From assembly GCA_003344405.1 (NCBI GenBank), contig NOWV01000130.1, positions 124,001 through 188,000 of the forward strand: a stretch of DNA of 64,000 nt. The letters run 5' to 3'. Numbering within the stretch: position 1 is the first letter of the stretch; every line of letters begins with the position of its first letter. Origin of the DNA: Trichoplax sp. H2. Lineage: Eukaryota. The translations under genes and the position numbers were made by a program. Positions 58,431 through 64,000 of the stretch are shown piece after piece. Under the pieces are notes generated by a model. The model was not told where the DNA came from. It saw only the letters and a program-made list of their open reading frames with translations, and ran no database searches.

Positions 58431-61400
58431 TTATAAAAAGTCAGTGATGTTACACTCCAACGCAGAACATGGCATGTTCAGGTCAAATTTTGATATAACG
58501 TCCGGATGTAATACTCCGAGTGAACCAATACGATTACCATGCACAATGATATCTGCACCGCGTCCAGGAAAGTAGAGTGGATCTATTCATATAAAAACAA
58601 TTCATTCAGTAATTCCAAATTAATTTAGCTTCTAGCTACAAATAACTATACTCTTTCAAATATTTGTTTACTATAATTTTTGAATGTTACTCCAAATATA
58701 TCATTTAATTAAAGTAACTTTTCATAAAAATGTTTATTATATAAGAGTTATATACCGTCAGCACCCTTGATGTAATATCCTTTATCACTTTTTCCAAAGG
58801 GAATGCCTAACAATTGCATAGATCTATCTGCTAGGCCATGTATAATCTATAAGATTTTTCCAATATAATCGAATTTACATAAAATATAAGTAGAAGAAAT
58901 AAGTAAAGCATAGTTTTCTTTTATGAGTATATTCAACCTCAAATCCTGGAGATTTGTTATAATATAGAGCACAAAGACGACGTTCATTTCTTGCACCCGT
59001 ATCTTCCACGAACATCAAAATAGAATCACTGTCATTTATTTTCTTAAACATACAGCAGCAGTAACCATAATACTTATAATTACCAGTTTTATCGTCTTTT
59101 ATTACAACATCAGCAATTTCAAACAAACGAAGCGGAAGAGACATGCTACGATTACTAGCTACCGTTTTTAATAATCCAGGTAACAGTGTAGTCCTAACAA
59201 CCTATTAAGGATAAGCCAGAGTGCGCTTTCAATAAAAGTAGTCATAATGCAGAAAGTATGATTAAAATAAACATACCTGAAATTCTTGGGTTTTCGGATT
59301 GGATATGTGAGTAGCTTTACTTGATGCTAAGTTCTTATTTAATTTTTCCGATACATCATCTCGTGAACACTACAGTGTTTCAATACAATATAATTACCGG
59401 CTAATAATGCCGTTTAACAGCTAACCCAATAGTACGTCCTTCATTACTATAACTAATATGATAATTTTAATCAAGTAAATTCTATTGTATAGAGCTTTAA
59501 ATTACCAGTGTAAATGTTAAAGCTTCGGTAAAGCCAGCTTGAGCAATTTCTTGGCGTAGTAGATTGGAAAGTTTATTAATTGGAAACTAACAATCATAAA
59601 AAATATTTCAGAGAAGCGAATGGTGCTAAGAAATCGAAATATATTTAATAGATATGAAAAGTACCTCTTGAGCAATAGTACTGGATTTTGGCATGCTGCG
59701 AGGAATGTTGTTGTAACCATAAGCAATTGCGATATCTTCAATGATATCACATGGATGCAGTATATTTATGAATAGCTAAGGGCAACTCAAGTCCTATTAA
59801 TGAAATGCATTTGCAGGATTCTCAACGTAACTTCAATTTTACGAGTTTAAGTTATAAATTCTATAATAACGGATATCATGACGTGTAGGAGGCACTTCAA
59901 CTTTAACTTCTTTTTCGTTTATCACTGTAGTTGACAATGACATTCTTGTTAACAGTTTAGCAATCTTTTCCGTATCCAGACTACAAAATTTAATCATTTT
60001 CAAGTTTAATATTGCGACCTAGTAGTGTAAGCAAAACTAAAATATACTGGTATCATCAGCGATTTACCTTATTCCTGCAAGGGAATAAACGTCTTTCAGA
60101 CTTATAATTTCATGTCTTGTCGTTAATTCCTACCATTACAAGTAGCCAATACAAATAGGAATGTAATAATGATTTATTAAATTTCTTTAATCTGTGGAGC
60201 TCTCTATTGTAATACAAAACTTACCGGATACGTTACTACTTTCCCATCTGGTTGGATAACATCTACTACTTCAGCACTAATAATAGCAACATCAAATATA
60301 TTGCGATTAGCTGCACTAATCATTAATATAAATATAAAACAAAACTGTGAATCGAACCTGTATTTTTGACCACAATGTTCGCTGATCATTGTTACTAGTG
60401 TATCCAGCACGATTTTAGCCTGTAGTTAGACGTAAATAGCACAATATTAAAGAGGTTAAACTCTGTTGTACGAATACTGAAGATACGGTTAAAGCTGTAA
60501 TGGAAAAAATCCCAGAAGAAAATGACAGTCTACTTGCCTTGGTTAAGTCTGTTGCTGTTACATCGATAAAAATATTTCTAGTGTTTGTACTAAGTTTAGT
60601 ATGTTCACCTAGTAGGGTTCGGTATAAATTTAAGTGATAAATTCATACAATGAAAGTACTAAAGCAAACAGAATGATAAATTTAGGTACCATTAATGATA
60701 GGCGGCATGGACAGAACAACTCCGTTACTGTCATAAATAATAGGATAAACTGGTTTATCTTTTATAATATGTAGATAATGCTTCAAATGGCCATCACTTT
60801 TATATAACTCCATTAACTCTGCAGCTGTATATTCTTTGTCCTATGATTGATAATTAATGTAAAAAAAATATTTATTATAAAATTAAATGCAGTTATAATA
60901 TTTAGCATACAGAGTCAGATATTGTGTATGCGATAATTATGATACTAATACATACTAGTAGCATATTAAAGTGACGATTAGCCACTAAATTTAACATTAA
61001 TTAAACTAGCTCCGTTTTGAAGACCTTATTAAGTGGTTTAAACTTGATATCTTCTGGTGCTTTAGCATCGTAATAGAAAGGCCCTTGGACAGTATCGAGA
61101 TTGTGGAGACCAATGGCTACAAGAGCTCGTCGTCTAATATATTTGTCGTGTTAGAAATTGATCATAATTTAGCGTAATCAAATAGTCAAAGACTTTTAAC
61201 AAAATGATATTAAATTTTTGTCAATTGTGATTGCGGTTTACTATTTGGGCTAAAGAATAATTCGAAGTCTTTAATCTTTAATCGCAAACTATTATGATTA
61301 CAAGTATATAATATACCTGCAAATATTTTGATGTAATTTCTCTTGCAAATCTATCATACTGCTATATGTATCCTGAAAAGTGAATTAGAGTCAGCGATTG

Positions 61401-62901
61401 ATATACGAGCCGCGTAGTCGTTTTTAAGCGTATAAATGTAGACACTGTACCGATGTTAGGGTTACATTTCGTAAAATAGCAGCAACGCAGTGCGGACGTA
61501 CTTTGGCAGTCTGAAGATGAAGAATGGCAGTAAGTAGTTTGCAAGTTATGATGAATCTTGTTGTTTAATGATAAGATAAGGCTTACAGCAGGTTTGATGT
61601 ATAATTTTTCCCGATTCTCGGGGATAATTTTCGTGAATGTTGGCGAAGGAACTCTATATAGATGAAAATTGAATTTTGATCATTCTACGCTAGTAGATTA
61701 TTACTATTGCAATTTGTAAAGTATGAATTCAGTCTCCTCCTCACATTTCAAAGAAAATTTGCAAGCTGCGAACTAATCCTTCAATACAGAGTAGATCATA
61801 CCTAAAAATTTGTAGGATGTCAATCAGACCGTTATACTCGTATAATAAGTTTGCACACTTGCATTAATTATAAGATAAGAACATGATAGATTGTTACTAT
61901 ACAGTACAGAATGTAATGCAAAACTTCAACAACAAAGGATTTTAGTACGCCTATGTGATTTAGACATTGATGATACCAATGTTATCTTTTCGACTTGAAC
62001 GTACCGATTAGCTGGAATTTCGATTTTATAAATGACATCTTCCGAAGCATTAGCAGCCTTATCCTCACCCTGTTCACGTGCTATTATATCCTTTTCGGAA
62101 GTCTTTCATATCAGTAGCCGATGATGGTATCCAGTGATGGTTAATAATTAATGAAGTGAAGGTAGCATGAGATATAGCATAAAACGAGCCAACGCTATTT
62201 ATTATTTCCTTTGATAACGCTACACTAACTGATGACTATCATTGCATTGATGATAATCCATCGCATTTATCACTATCATTAATCTATCGTGTCTGCACAA
62301 CACCACTAAGTACCGTACAAGTCGAGCTATACCGTGTTCTACATGGACATGAGATTCATTGAGTTATTATTCACTAAAATAAGCATCCTAACAGCGCATT
62401 CTTACCACTTCATCCAATTCGATGCCGTATTCAAAGCAAACCTCGGCAAACTTGTCATCAGCTAAGTAAAAGCAGACAATATGTACATCAGTTGAAACTT
62501 GAAAGTTGTCTATTCCACATCAGTTGACCATATCATAGTTGAAAATTGGGGAGGGCTTTGACACCCATTCAGAGAAAAGCCATCGACTGTCAATCTTACC
62601 ATAATACAGTCTTTTTAAAGTAGTATTTTATTATACTAAGTTTAATACTACCTATCGGCTATTGATCATGACCACTTACTAAACTAGTGATCAACTATTC
62701 TTTTTAGAGTTTTTTCTTCCATTTTAAATCGCCTGTCTAAGGTACAGTAGCATATCTATTCATTGACAATGACATGTGCAACTGGGTCATAATAATAAAG
62801 TAATAAAAACTGTCCAATAGACATTATCAAGTCCAATACTTACTGTACTCCTTTTGCAACGCCTTGAAGAGTAAATCCCGTTTAATGTTGATGATAGGCA
62901 T
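58431..62901 (-). CDS. FARSB: Phenylalanyl-tRNA synthetase beta subunit (cytosolic)
   Basis: ATG at 62901 gives [149 protein letters not shown], stop at 58431. About 20 short exons. Confidence 0.97.
59766..59876 (-). other. Probable U12-type (minor spliceosome) intron in FARSB, AT-AA termini
   Basis: Minus strand CAT G|ATATCCGTT...TGCCCTTAGCTATTCATAA|AT ATA CTG restores PPTRH-D-ILHPCD. There is an in-frame TAA inside, and I found no GT-AG pair that keeps the motif. Confidence 0.75.
60420..60537 (-). other. GC-AG intron in FARSB
   Basis: ACC AAG|GCAAGT ... CTACAG|GCT AAA ATC GTG joins TATDLTK to AKIVLD, matching the conserved TDxTKAKIVLD. Confidence 0.85.
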
Positions 62902-63169
62902 TATTGATTTGTTCAATAAAATGTACAATTGAAGAAAGTCAGTTATTCACAGCCTTGTCTTGACTATTTAATTTTAGTGGAATCTCTTTGGATTTGAGAA
63001 GATCTTTTCAGTTGTGGAGTAAAAGCTTACTAACGCTCATCAATCAGTGTAGCACTACCCGGACCTACTGGACGGATCGTAGTATCACAGATTCACGTCG
63101 GACGGAGTTCCCTAGTGCGCATGACCGCCGAAAGAGTCTGACTGTGTGAGTCGAGTGTGGTCCGAAACG

Positions 63170-63700
63170 ACTACAGTTCCCTAGTACTGTACAGTACAGT
63201 GTACTGTACGGTATTACCCTTTCACAGTACTGTACTGTACTGTACTGTACTGTACTGTATACTGTAGCCATTGACAGTACTCTTTAGTAGTGCTGTAGAC
63301 GTCGAGCGATTGGACGTCCAACGGACGTTCGATTTTGGACGTTCGGTATGTACGTTCGTTGTCAGATCGGACGTCGACGAACTGTACTGTACAGTGTACA
63401 GTGTACAGTACTGTACAGTGTATACTGTACAGTCAGTTTGTATAANNNNNNNNNNNNNNNNNNNNGCTTACTAACGCTCATCAATCAGTGTAGCACTACT
63501 CGGACCTACTGGACGGATCGTAGTATCACAGATTCACGTCGGACGGAGTTCCCTAGTGCGCATGACCGCCGAAAGAGTCTGACTGTGTGAGTCGAGTGTG
63601 GTCCGAAACGACTACAGTACTCTAGTCCCTAGTACAGTACAGTACAGTGTACGGTATTACCCTTTCACAGTACTGTACTGTACAGTATACTGTAGCCATT
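63170..63700. repeat. Mixed CAGTA/CTGTA array upstream of FARSB
   Basis: cagta(ctgta)6 at ~63225-63259 and tactgtacagtgtacagtgtacagtactgtacagtgtatactgtacag at ~63385. Confidence 0.9.
63286..63445. mobile_element. Second copy (left end) of the candidate MITE, truncated by the N-gap
   Basis: 37-bp exact match to 32310-32346. It is absent from the duplicate copy of the same flank, which reads tttagta|tagagacg at 63711-63725. Confidence 0.55.
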
Positions 63701-63717
63701 GACAGTACTCTTTAGTA
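63466..63717. other. Probable alternative-haplotype duplicate of 63025-63289
   Basis: Near-identical sequence starting immediately after the N-gap. Differences are SNPs and small indels, mostly 5-bp units. Confidence 0.8.
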
Positions 63718-64000
63718 TAGAGACGATCGATTTTAAATTGAATGATTTTTTTTTTTTTAAATTAAGTGATATTACGTTGAATCTGTTACTAAATTCTGCT
63801 TGGAAAGAGTTCTGTAAGATCGTAGATGCTATTTAAATTAGTACCAGTGATTTAGAAAACAGACACGGAAGATCCTTGCTAAGTTGTACAGTAAGTAGTA
63901 CAGGGACCCATTTTTCGATATACTGTATTATTATTCTTATTCTTATAGCAACTACTGTACGATAGCGGTTGCGCGAAATAAAGTCTTCATTAGTAAGAAA

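Noticed and set aside
62510-62602. ATG at 62602 as the FARSB start
   Set aside because: It leads to a stop and lacks homology. The true first exon is 62844-62901.

Overview
AT-rich, intron-dense animal genomic DNA from a draft assembly with three 20-N gaps. Gene structure and composition suggest an early-branching metazoan, possibly the placozoan Trichoplax; this is inferred, not proven. I reconstructed seven protein-coding genes by hand from splice sites: ACAP/centaurin-beta (5' part, -), Dishevelled (-), SLC35F6 (-), G-protein beta (-), myeloid leukemia factor (+), an intronless orphan class A GPCR (-) and FARSB (-). No tRNA, rRNA or CRISPR was seen. The main unexplained signal is a set of dense mixed-orientation CAGTA/CTGTA arrays upstream of several housekeeping-type genes. 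Duplicated and allelic copies inside the window differ by exact TA to TA-CAG-TA or TA-CTG-TA changes, which is the canonical Tc1/mariner (Sleeping Beauty-type) excision footprint. A candidate TA-flanked CAGT...ACTG MITE sits in one array and appears present/absent between two copies in another. FARSB carries a probable U12-type AT-AA (or AT-AC) intron and a GC-AG intron. The ACAP-Dvl and GNB-MLF neighbourhoods match vertebrate paralogon linkages. The duplications next to the gaps are most likely uncollapsed haplotypes. Exon coordinates were read by eye and may be off by a few bases.
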